NCBI GenBank assembly: GCA_032718475.1
Contig: JAUCBJ010006404.1
Location: 5,558-69,557, forward strand
Direction of reading: 5' to 3'
Source of the DNA: Nemertoderma westbladi
Lineage: Eukaryota; Animalia; Xenacoelomorpha
Length of the DNA: 64,000 nt
Position numbers and translations under genes: made by a program. Below the pieces are notes generated by a model, which did not search any database, was not told the origin of the DNA, and saw only the letters and a program-made list of their open reading frames with translations. Every line of letters begins with the position of its first letter. The stretch's first letter is position 1. Positions 40,703 through 51,360 of the stretch are shown here, in pieces.

Positions 40703-42561
40703 GAAGATCTCACAATGAACATGCAACATAAGTATTCATTTGAAATCACTTGTCTTGGTCTTTCATAATACCCAGCTACTTTTGCAATATTTTCCACATA
40801 GCTCTTTTAATATAGCTTTGAAGACTTTAAATGTATAGTGCGAAAAACATGTATACTTAAATTTTGCTCCAACTTGGTTAAAATTATCATAAGTATGCCT
40901 ATTACTACCAATACAAATATTGGAAAGGCTTTTGTACCCCTTCTTGATTTACAGGCCATTCTATTTTTGTCATTTAAGGTTTTCGCGAAACATCGCGATG
41001 TTTCGCAAAATATTGCGATTTGTGATAAACATTGTTGATTGTTAACAATGTGTGTGCCTATTTTTTTTGCATGATGTTACTTGTTAATCGGCATAAAAAT
41101 GATTTTTAGTTTCAATCTTAAAAAATATCTTTAGTTTTTGATACATGGCATGGCAAATTATGGATGGAGTTATCTCCATCCAGTGACTTACTTATTAATA
41201 TCATACGTATAAACAGAAACACAATACATATAAGTATACAAGACTAAATCGTATTAATATCATAAGTATAAACAGAAACACAATACATTTAAGTAGTATA
41301 CAATACTAAATCATATCAAAATCAATACACAAAATTTAAATTCAATTTTAAATAAAACTTCTTCACATTAATCTCTACCTTCAAGAAGAGATGTACTATT
41401 TATATAGTCTTTTGTTGAAATAGAGTAAGTTCTGCCAGTTTGTGTTGTTGGATCAACAATGGACAGAATATCAAAGGATTGCACCATCAGTATGTCTGAT
41501 TGAGAGGGATACACAAATGAGTTTGCAGGACCAGGAGGATGAAGGAAGCTTAGTTTCACCTACAAAGACTCTGGATATGTCTGGAGTACACATGCCAGAT
41601 ACCACTGTTTGTCGTAGATTGCCGTCAATTTCTGGATTTGTTACGGGCCGTAACAAATCCAGAAATTGACTCAAAGTCAATCTCCTCTTTCTGGTGAGTT
41701 ACAAAAACTTCCTTAGTTTCAGTTGAGTACGAGAACTCCTTCACAGCTAATGCACTCAAACTAATGGCTTGAAATTATGAAAGCTTCGAGTACCTGGAAT
41801 AGTTTTTGCAACAAGGAATCGTTGTTGGAGTGCTGTTGTTTGTGGTTCATATTCATCTTTGCTGATGTAAATAGAATGTATCCCTTTGATGTTTTCAACA
41901 ACAAATTGGTGGAGCTGTTTTGGTGTCATTATTTGGTCATTGTATGGTCTCTGGAGACTTGCTCGAGTAGCAAGTCTCTTTATAGTTCCACCAATCCCAT
42001 CACAAGGACCTTTTCCATGTGAAGTGGAAAACCTTTACCATTTTACCATTTATTTGAGAAATATAACATATTTCTCAAATAAATGGTAAAATGGTAATCC
42101 CTAGCAGCACTGCCATGTATAAATAAAATAAAGATCTTTTTTGAGATATTTCAAAGTAAAAATCATTTTTATGCCGATTTACAAATATGACATAGTTAAA
42201 CACATGCAAAGGGATAGTCGCAAATATTGTTAACATTCAACAATGTATGTTGTGATCGCAATGTTTCGCAAAACATCGCGATGTTTTGCAAAATCGTCGA
42301 ATGACCAAAACAAAAATGGATGTAAGTCACGAAGGGGTGCAAAAGCCATCCCAATTTTTTTATGGGTGTTAAGAGACATAATAAGGATAATTTGAGCCAA
42401 GTTTGAGCAAAATTGAAGTATACATGTTTTTCGCGCTTCGCATTTAAAGTCTTTGAAGCTACATTAAAAGAGCTATCACGAGTAGTATCACGATATTATG
42501 AGAGAGCAAGACAAGAGCTTTCAAATGAATACTTATGTTGCATGTTTATTATGAGATCTTC
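40703..42561 (-). mobile_element. Internally deleted DNA transposon with ~400-bp imperfect TIRs and a DDE transposase C-terminal remnant (Sola2-like, tentative)
   Basis: GAAGATCTCA(C/T)AAT(G/A)AACATGCAACATAAGTATTCATTTGAAA inverted at both ends, with AT on each side. The - strand at 41368-42030 reads FSTSHGKGPCDGIGGTIKR...IPGTRSFH...FLHPPGP...GRTY. Confidence 0.75.
42035..42097. repeat. Perfect 30-bp-arm hairpin at the deletion point of the transposase remnant
   Basis: TTACCATTTTACCATTTATTTGAGAAATAT-AAC-ATATTTCTCAAATAAATGGTAAAATGGTAA. Confidence 0.9.
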
Positions 42562-43612
42562 ATTAATAATGCCTCTTTGTATACTTCCAGTCTGACCGCA
42601 AATTGGCGAAAACCTCAAACTTTGAGGTGGCATATCTCGTGATTGCAAGCAGTTCAAGATCTAAAGATCTTTAGATCTATTTGGCATGAGTTACTTACTC
42701 TATAGGTACTAGCTCTCCACCAAATTTCAGATGGTAAGGATTTTTGCTATGTTGATCTCATATGGAATACCCCGCTTAGGAGTTGTTGAGCTCACCAGAT
42801 TTATCTTAAAAACTTGTGGTATTGCTCAACACTCTTATGTTTTGCTTGGCAAATTCCAAAGCAATTTAATCGAAGAACTCTTTGGTTATTTTCGACAAGC
42901 AGCTGGTGGTAACTATTATTTGTCCTGTAAACATTTATTAGAGACTGCAAGAATAGATCGGGCAAAACTTAGTATTTTAATTGATGGATATCATGGAGTT
43001 ATTGAATCAGATGGGCAGCAACATGTTTGCAATTTATGTACTACACTACACGTCTTAGCAACATTGAACTGCTACTGATGGATGATATCCCTGACAGTGT
43101 TGAAGCATTTAGCTAAGATGTGGAGCAGGTTGTTGTCTACATTGCTGGATATGTTGCCAAGAAAGTTCCACAATTTGCTCTAGAACCCGATGTTGTTAGT
43201 AACTACAATACGGACTTTATTAGTTTCCTGAACAGAGGAAAGTTACGATATCCTTCAGATCACCTTGTCAATTTGATTGTGTATTATTACATTTGGATTC
43301 AAAGCGTGGACTTATCAAAAATGTGTCGCGTGAGACTAAGGAAAGCCATTGAATTTCTTTCGGAATCATATGGCTTTGGAGCCATCCCAACGAAAGCGAG
43401 CAACATAATTGTAAATATATTTTTATTTAAACAATTATTGTGAACAGCAAAAGACAACATTGGATGCCGAAAGCACAAAGAAAAATATGAAATTTATGTT
43501 CTGAAACCTACACAACTCAAAACTTATAATTATTATTATTGCATTATTAATTTAAATATTATATGTATGTTTCCACAATTAGCTTCATTTAATATATGAA
43601 AATATTTTATCT

Positions 43613-43836
43613 GGAAGCAGGACAATTCGGTCCCGGACAATTCGGTCCCGGACAATTCGGTCCGGACAATTCGGTCGTGGACAATTCGGTCCCGGACAAT
43701 TCGGTCCTAGGACAATTCGGTCCCATTTTTTTAGTGTTTTGGGACCGAATTGTCCGGGACCGAATTGTCCGGGACGGAATTGTCCGGGACCGAATTGTCC
43801 GGACCGAATTGTCCGGGACCGAATTGTCCTACATCC
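43613..43836. mobile_element. MULE-type MITE built of inverted 15-bp repeats (GGACAATTCGGTCCC)
   Basis: 9-bp TSD ATTTTATCT at 43604-43612 and 43837-43845; GG...CC termini. Confidence 0.88.
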
Positions 43837-44375
43837 ATTTTATCTGTGCGTGGTCACCAGCACTTTTCGTGTCTTGTCTAGGATCCGAAAACCGACACTT
43901 TATAATTTTGAAACATATTCGATTGAACTGATCAACTCAAAACAGCCAAAAACTTCAAAAACCAAAATCTCCTAATATATGTGAAAATTTAACTTCATAA
44001 CTTTTTTGACTTCTATCACATTTCGTGCAATACTTGGGGTTCTGAAAAGGACACGTTTATGTGACCTTATAATATGTAATTAGCACTCTAAAAAACATCA
44101 TAATACCAGTATGTCTATGAACTCTCTCTATAAATGGAGAAATTTTTTTTTCTACTAATAACTCCTTTTTTCGGACAACGTAAAAATAATGGGTCTCCCA
44201 TGGAAAAGTAGCAAACTATTGAAAACAAAAATTGTCTTAAAAGATTCTCTGATAAAAGTTAGGATAAGTAATTAAATTTGGTAATCAAATGGTACGCACT
44301 TCTATGGTTCCTAACGGTTCTACAAAGTCGGCCTCCGCTAATTTTGCATAGGCCTCCCATGTCATGGCCTGTATT

Positions 44376-45112
44376 TATGGCATACTTTTGGTATTTTAAT
44401 TCGATATAATTTTATGACGGCCGATAAAGATACCAACATCTCCCATCACTAATTAAATACTGTAAATTATCGACCGTCGTAATTAAATGCTGAAAATTAT
44501 CGTGCGTTGTAATTAAATACTGGAACCAGATCAACCGTCGTTATTAATGTTGACATTATCGACCGTCGTAATTAAATACTGGAACCAGATCGACCGTCGT
44601 TATTAATGTTGACATTATCAACCGTCGTAATTAAATACTGGAACCAGATCGACCGTCGTTATTAATGTTGAAACGAAATGTACGAAACGAAGGTGGGAAA
44701 ACGGCAGGGCAGTACGGTAATTAATCATATTAATTACCTACTGCAGCACCACACCGGTGCGGTACAGTACAGCAGTACCCAAATTTAGGCCTATTGCAGG
44801 ACATAATTCAAATATCCCGCCCATTCATGCTATCATAGCAACAACAACAGCTATTAATTACGACGGTCGATAATGTCAACATTAATAACGACGGTCGATC
44901 TGGTTCCATTATTTAATTACGACGGTCGATAATGTCAACATTAATAACGACGGTCGATCTGGTTCCAGTATTTAATAACGACGCACGATAATTATCAGCA
45001 TTTAATTATGACGGTCGATAATTTACAGTATTTAATTAGTGACGTTCGATGTTGGTAGCTTTATCGGCCGTCATAAAATTATATCGAATTAAAATACCAA
45101 AAGTATGCCATA
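44376..45112. mobile_element. Foldback element with ~260-290-bp TIRs and 6-bp TSD, inserted in the P-element right TIR
   Basis: TGTATT|TATGGCATACTTTTGGTATTTTAATTCG ... CGAATTAAAATACCAAAAGTATGCCATA|TGTATT. Confidence 0.88.
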
Positions 45113-45263
45113 TGTATTAGGTATCGCCTTGAGTTGAGCTGTTAAGCAACTGTAATTAAAGATGTAATATTATGGTTTTGTTCAGAAGTGAAAAAATGAG
45201 AAAGCGCGTCACCGTGGGTTGCTTCTAAATTAAGTATTGTACTGTGGTTAGAAACATATACCA

Positions 45264-46020
45264 TAAGTTGAACAAAATGTAGCCACATGCAGAACTATAA
45301 GTACAAAATTTAGATTCAAGTGGAACATTAATGAGGGACACATATTAATCAGGGGGACAAATATTAATGAGGGACACATATTAATATATCAATACAAGTT
45401 GAACAAAATGTAGCCACATGCAGAACTATAAGTACAACATTTAGATTCAAGTGGAACATTAATGAGGGACACATTAATCAGGGGTCAAATATTAATGAGG
45501 GACACATATTAATGAGAGGGAGAAACATGAATGAGGGACACAAACATTAATGAGGGACACATTTTAATCAGGGGGACAAATATTAATGAGGGACACATAT
45601 TAATCAGTGGGACAAATATTAATGAGGGACATATATTTATCAAAGGGACAAGCATTAATGAGGGACACAAACATTAATAAGGGACAAAAACATTAATGAG
45701 GTACACATTTATTCAGGGGGACAAAGATTAATGAGGGACACATATTAATCAGTGGGACAAATATTAATGAAGGACATATATTAATCGGAAGGACAAACAA
45801 TAATGAGGGACACAAACATTAATGATGGACACATTTAAATCAGGGGGACAAATATTAATGAGGGACACATATTAATCAGTTGGACAAATATTAATCAGAG
45901 GGACAAACATTAATGAGGGACACAAACATTAATGAGGAACACATTTTAATCAGGGGGAAAAATATTAAGGAGTCACTCATCAATCAGTGGGACACATATT
46001 AATCAGTAGGACAAACATTC
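45264..46020. repeat. Degenerate ~19-21-bp tandem repeat (ATTAATGAGGGACACAT / ATTAATCAGGGGGACAAAT) preceded by a local duplication
   Basis: Direct periodicity; AAGTTGAACAAAATGTAGCCACATGCAG occurs twice (~45265, ~45396). Confidence 0.85.
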
Positions 46021-46025
46021 ATGAG

Positions 46026-47064
46026 TGTGATAGGATCTGAGTTGGCGCATGATCCCGACCGGTGTATTTGTGTCGTGTTAAGTATGCGTCGTCGCATTTT
46101 AGAGACTGCAGAGGCTGAAAGGCCGTAGGCCAGTATATAACAAAAGAGTTTATGGTTTATCATTGTTAATAATAGCTGATATATAAGTAGTGGTAAATTA
46201 TAGCATAATCAGTATATAGCACTGGTGATGACAGTCCAAAACCGACCGACTTCCACAGTAATTAATAGCCAACTGAACACAATTAATATTGGGTAACAGA
46301 TTTATACAGATTGCAATGAAAGCTTATTACACATTCCTACCTACATGTCGACCTACCAATAGATACGCGTTTACTGGCCATGTGCTGCCCCGCTATTGGT
46401 TGGTTTTCTCCCCCTGCCACTCCCTGTTCCCTTTGGCCCTATGCTAGCATCCTCCCTGAGATGAGTTATTAACTATCTCCAAGCTAGCATCACATTGCCT
46501 CATATTCCTTCTCAGTATGCAATACTATATTGGGAAATGGATATTGCATACCCGGGTGTGATTCGTAAATCACTATGTCCCCCATTCTCTCACTAGGTGG
46601 TGTGGAGCGGATGGATCAGCTAACACTCCCCCCCCATGCTATCTTCCTGGTGAGAAGATACCATCAACCAATACGTGCGCTCCATCCGGCTGGTATCCAA
46701 TCTAATATTGGATGTGGGGTGGAAATATATTCTCTGGGGCCAGTTTTCCAGTCTGGCCCCACTGGGTCTGGTCTCACTACCCATCCTTGGTGAATCTGCG
46801 AGCTAAGCTGTACCAAGGCGTGTGGCGTCTCTATTTAGACAATTGCCCTTCTTCCTCACTCAACTTTAACTATCATCCAATCTCCTCACCTCATTAGTCC
46901 CATAGGACTCATCCTCTACCCGGCTCGCTCCCCACAGTTTAAATTTCACGATCTCTATCCTTCCTTGAACCCTTGTCTCTCATCACATCTCTCATACTCC
47001 AACCCCTTACTATTCCCCTTACTATTCTCATTCTTTCACTCCTGTCGGTTCTCACGATCTCACA
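46026..47064. mobile_element. Possible LTR (TGTGA...TCACA, ~1.04 kb)
   Basis: 5-bp inverted TG..CA termini and a sharp compositional change at the satellite edge. No TSD or partner LTR found. Confidence 0.35.
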
Positions 47065-47335
47065 TACGTATACGTTATATATGATAAGTGAGTTCCATCG
47101 TTGTCTCGTCCTCTTGTTTCAGTCAATAAGTCCCCCATCCCAGTAGCTAATTGAGAAAGGTTATATCTGACAATAGTATATGCATGGTGTTTATATTTCG
47201 AGTCTACGTAATATTGCATCTTTTGATTAATTTGTATTACATATTAATTCTAATTATTTATAAAGTGGGAGTCCTGAATCCTCTTGAGTATTAGTTAGTT
47301 CAGTTCTGACGGTGCCTTCCAGGCATAGAATGCAG

Positions 47336-49852
47336 TCTGACATTAACACGAACCTAGAACTTCCCTTCCATTCCCTCAGGAAACCATCTCATATCTTCCC
47401 CCCTGTCATCGTCCTGTCTTGTTTCTTCTCATCCTGCGTGTTCTTCATCGCACTCATATGCGTCGCAACGGCCTTGCCAATCCTTGTAGTTGGATCCCTG
47501 GGTGTGGCCCTTATCTTCTCCCAATAACGCTTCACTGGTGGTCCCATCGAGTGTCCCTCCTGTTATCTTCTTGTAGCGTCCCACATGATGATTTTCATAG
47601 TGCGGGGTATGTGTTCTACCAGAAAATCTCTGAACTCCATCCTATTCTCCAGCAACCACCCATCGAGGTATTGCTGGGTGTTAATGACCCCTCCATGTGG
47701 TGCCGCCATCACTACCTCCTGGTAGGTAAACGGTAGGCTCCTCTTAGTCAACTCCCAGTGTGTCTCTTGGTTAATGTTAAAGAATCCCCACCAGAACTCC
47801 TGGGCCTTCATTCTTTGTCTGGTCATGACACCCACATCGGCCCAATCTTCAAAAATGTGGTCGTCGTCCATCCAATCGCATTGACACTCGAAGTGTCCCC
47901 TGAATCTCCACTTACCACATCTGTAATGTAACTTCGGACATGAGCCCATCCTATGGGTGGAGTCGTGAGTATACAAACACATTGCTCCCTTCTCATAGTG
48001 GTATAGGCAGTTCTTCTGTTGGTGGGTCAATCGCCCACAATAATCGCAGCCATCTATCACAGTCTGCCTCCCAAACTCATCCTTGGCTCCGTGCATCCGT
48101 CTGGGCCTGTGGAGTCATTGGTACGTGAACATCTCCATGTTGTCGTCTCTGCCCATGTCGATGTCTCCTTCCCCTCTCGGCATTGTCTCTCCGAATACCA
48201 CTCGTGGTGCCGTCCCAGGTTGTTTGCCTAGCCAGATCGCATCTGCTGGGAATTCGTCGCCGGCTCTCCATGCTCCCAGGCTCACTTACTTGGGGGATCC
48301 CAGAAGGCTTTCGCCCAGCTGACCATCACCTCCATCCCATCTACCCAGTCCGTGTCCACCCGTCCAATCCTCCTTATCAGTGGCATCTCCCCAAACTCAT
48401 CTTCCTCCATCTCCTCTGCCAGAAGCATTCCAAACCCGGGATCGCGATCGATTTTCCGTGTCCCTTTCCAGCTTGGTACTCGCCCGTAATCCTCCTGCTC
48501 TTGCTCTCTTCCTCTTACAGTCGCCCTCGGACCCCGTGCCAAGGGTGTTGGCATCCTCTGCAATCTGGATGTTGAGTGGTTCGACAATCCCTCCGGATAG
48601 CTCACCATCCATTTTTCTTCCTCCTCTAGTGGAAACTCGCCTGAGGTCTCCGAGCCCCATCTCAACTAGTCTAAGTCCTGTGCTTTGTAATCATACTCAC
48701 CCTTCCCTCCTCTTTCTGCTGCCTCCCTGCCTGCTGCCTCTCTCCTCTCTTTCCTAGCAGCCTCTTCCTCCCTCCTTTCTTCTTCCCTATCATTCCTCTT
48801 CCATCGCTGGTACGGTGTATCTACTTCTCTGTCCACTAGATGTCGGGTATCGTAATACACCGACTTGCCCTTCTGCCCTGGGTGGTCTACAAGACCCTCA
48901 AGAGCAATCTTAAAGGCTGTTCTGTGGTTCAGAGGTGCTCCTAACAGTAGAAATGCCGCCAGCTCTCTGCCGATGTTGGCTCTCTGCCAATGACCACCAT
49001 CATGAACAGGTTCACCAACCCGATCATTATCCAGTCCTCCTGCAAGATATAACTCTTCTGGTATAACTTGAATGTCCCCTTTCGGAATTGGTACAACTCC
49101 TCTCTCCCTGGTCTCGCGCCCCACTTGAGTCACTCCATGCTGAGTTCCACTCCGCACTCCTCCTGGAACTTCTTCCACTCCGTCGGCTTGTGGCATACGA
49201 GTCCCATAAGCTGACCTATTGAATGCATGAATACCATCCTACCATGAATATAACACTAACCACCATGGGGTAGGCCTACTCACGTAATATAAGTACAAAA
49301 TACATCAGAAAATAGCGTAAAGTTCGTTAAAAATGCCAACCCTTACTTTAGTACTGTAGTGGTACCATGGTTACTTAACTCACCGAAAGTTTCCGATAAT
49401 TGATATGTCAACCTGAATGTCGTGTGGTGGTATGTTGGTCACCCCGATTCGATAAACTGATAGGCCTATCGCATCTCTTCCAGCTGTTTACTTTCATCTG
49501 GAGTCTTCGGTTTTCCGATGCGAGACCCCGATCGTGACTCAGCTTTGTACTTTCTCGACCCCTTATTTCTAGAACTTGCTCTAGAACTACCTCTACTCTT
49601 GCCCCCTTTCGGTGTTCTAGCTGGGGTTAGACTTATGCCTATTATCGGGGTTCCAACTGGGGTTCTTGGACTACCTCTACTCGCGCCCCTGTTCGGTGAA
49701 CCAGCTGGTGTTCCTTGACTCCTGCCCATATTGGAGGTCGCGGCTGGGGTTCTGCGACCACCTCTAGAACTGGCTCTAGAACTAGCTCTACTTATACTCC
49801 TTGTTGGGGATCCAGTTGGGGTAAGGAATTGCGGCCCTTGCCCTTCAGCCAT
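47336..49852 (-). pseudogene. Decayed, probably spliced ORF: S/R/G/P-rich basic N-terminus, E/R coiled coil, three CCHC-type zinc knuckles (host gene or gag-like)
   Basis: Chain of ORFs 49852-49466, 49196-48666, 48665-48282, 48096-47563. GT-AG introns 49383-49216 and 48700-48641 join frames. Knuckles CDYCGRLTHQQKNC, CLYTHDSTHRMGSC, CGKWRFRGHFECQC. In-frame stops at 48115-48117 and 47563-47565. Confidence 0.55.
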
Positions 49853-50291
49853 TATATTTAGTACAACCCTTTCCTAATTAATAGTACTGTAGGCCCCTAC
49901 TTATGTAGAAACTTTGATTCTAAAACGAGTATCAAAAATTCAATTTTAATTTATCCTTAATTACTATTTTCAATCATTGTTGCCAATCAATTTGTTTTCC
50001 TCTCTATAACCCACTGACAGATTGTTGCATTTAATTACTAGAGTTCTAGAACTTAGCAATTATCAACGCTATGGTTTTCACATTACAGCATTTTACATAA
50101 TCTGTTAGCGGCTACGATAAATTACACTACTAGTACGTTGCATTGGTAATGTTTAATTATAATTACTATTAACCATCTATGTTTTATGGTGCCTGCTGCC
50201 TGTAGGTCCAGAGTCCAGTCCTCCTTTTTCATACACACATCTTATTTGTATTTCAAATGATATAATTAAGAAAGCGAAAACTGGAAAAAGG

Positions 50292-50349
50292 TGGACAGAC
50301 CAATCACTACAAACTGCTTTGCGTAATACGTTTCTGATTGGTCTGTCCA
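50292..50349. promoter_or_regulatory. Inverted pair of CCAAT boxes upstream of U2AF2
   Basis: Perfect 15-bp inverted repeat TGGACAGACCAATCA (50292-50306) / TGATTGGTCTGTCCA (50335-50349), ~400 bp upstream of the ATG. Function is inferred. Confidence 0.4.
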
Positions 50350-50755
50350 TTGTCCATGTTTTCTGTGTCAAGTCCACCTTTTTCAAACACCCACCTTGGA
50401 CCTCGCGCTCAGCAGTTTTAATTTGATAGGCCTATCATCAGCTAGTGCAGTGTGCAGGATTCAGGTGCAGAGATTACAGCAAATCCGAACATTGTAACCA
50501 GGTAACTGCAAGGCAAGGCCAGAAGGCGTTGCTATTACGTATTATTTACAGGAATAAACTGATAAAGTCTGAGTAATACTGTGTACAGCTGTACGGGTGT
50601 AGGCCTACTGCAGTAACCGGTACCTACTGCTGTACTGCAGTACTGTCTGATCGTCATCATCACAACGAAAGTTATTTTATTATTACGGTACCATATCAGC
50701 ATATTTGTTATTACTACCGGTATATTCAGATATCAGGATATTAGTTATTCTTATT

Positions 50756-50865
50756 ATGCCATCTGAAAAGAGTTCGAGAAAATCAAAAGAAAAGAAGAAA
50801 AAGAAGAAATCTAAGCGATCTCACAGCCGTAGTGGCGACAGAGAAAAGCGAAGATATCATTCCAG
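50756..50865 (+). CDS. U2AF2: U2AF65 coding exon 1 (K/R/S-rich N-terminus)
   Basis: MPSEKSSRKSKEKKKKKKSKRSHSRSGDREKRRYHS then AG|GTTTG; phase 2 joins exon 2 in frame. Confidence 0.75.
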
Positions 50866-51241
50866 GTTTGCTTTGTAATGCCAGTAATGCTGTAATGTCT
50901 GAATGTTATGGCAGTATGGCGGGCGCCCGGGCGGTACCGTCCCGGTTCAGCCGGTACTTGCCGGGCTCGGGCTAATACTGTAATAGCAGAATAGTCTTAT
51001 GTCTTGCGGGATGTGAGCAGATCCAAGCAGACCATTGACTGATTGACAGAAGGGATACATTGCCCCAAAACACCTGCGCAATGTGCAATGCGGGAACTTA
51101 TCAAATTATTAACAAGCATTAGTTTAGCAGCTCTCAGAATTAGCTATCATTAGGCTAGGCTACTGCATTAAACAATTAAAGCATTAAAGGCTGAAACAGT
51201 GAAAGGATGCCATGGCATGGCTACAGGCTAGTCCCTTCTGC

Positions 51242-51325
51242 CCTTTAAAAGCATTCGTCCGAAACGGGATCGAACCGATGTGGGCTTGCGGGGATCACAC
51301 CAACTGACCAACGTCTTCTGGGGAG
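51242..51325 (-). mobile_element. tRNA-SINE head fragment
   Basis: On the - strand, TGGTCAGTTGG (A-box) and GGTTCGATCCC (B-box). Confidence 0.55.
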
Positions 51326-51360
51326 AAGATAAGTAAATTAAATGCAACCACTACAGCACT

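Larger units (their letters stand above)
39058..43503 (+). pseudogene. P-element/THAP9-like transposase, frameshifted and interrupted
   Basis: THAP N-terminus MVRKCSVGGC...YRFP...W...VPNEPPSVF. Core motifs LISDEIYVKP, DPIHLLKCLRNN, GKFQSNLIEELFGYFRQAAGGNY, YIAGYV, GKLRYPS. Confidence 0.9.
38463..45131 (+). mobile_element. P-element (THAP-transposase) DNA transposon with three nested insertions
   Basis: 8-bp TSD AGTTGAGC at 38455-38462 and 45132-45139. ~60-bp TIR CAAGGC(A/G)ATACCTAATACAGGCCATGACATGGGAGGCCTATGCAAAATTAG; the right TIR is split into 44327-44375 and 45113-45131. Confidence 0.93.

Noticed and set aside
43596-43975. GPGQF / GPNCP repeat ORFs
   Set aside because: Translations of the 15-bp repeats of the 9-bp-TSD MITE.
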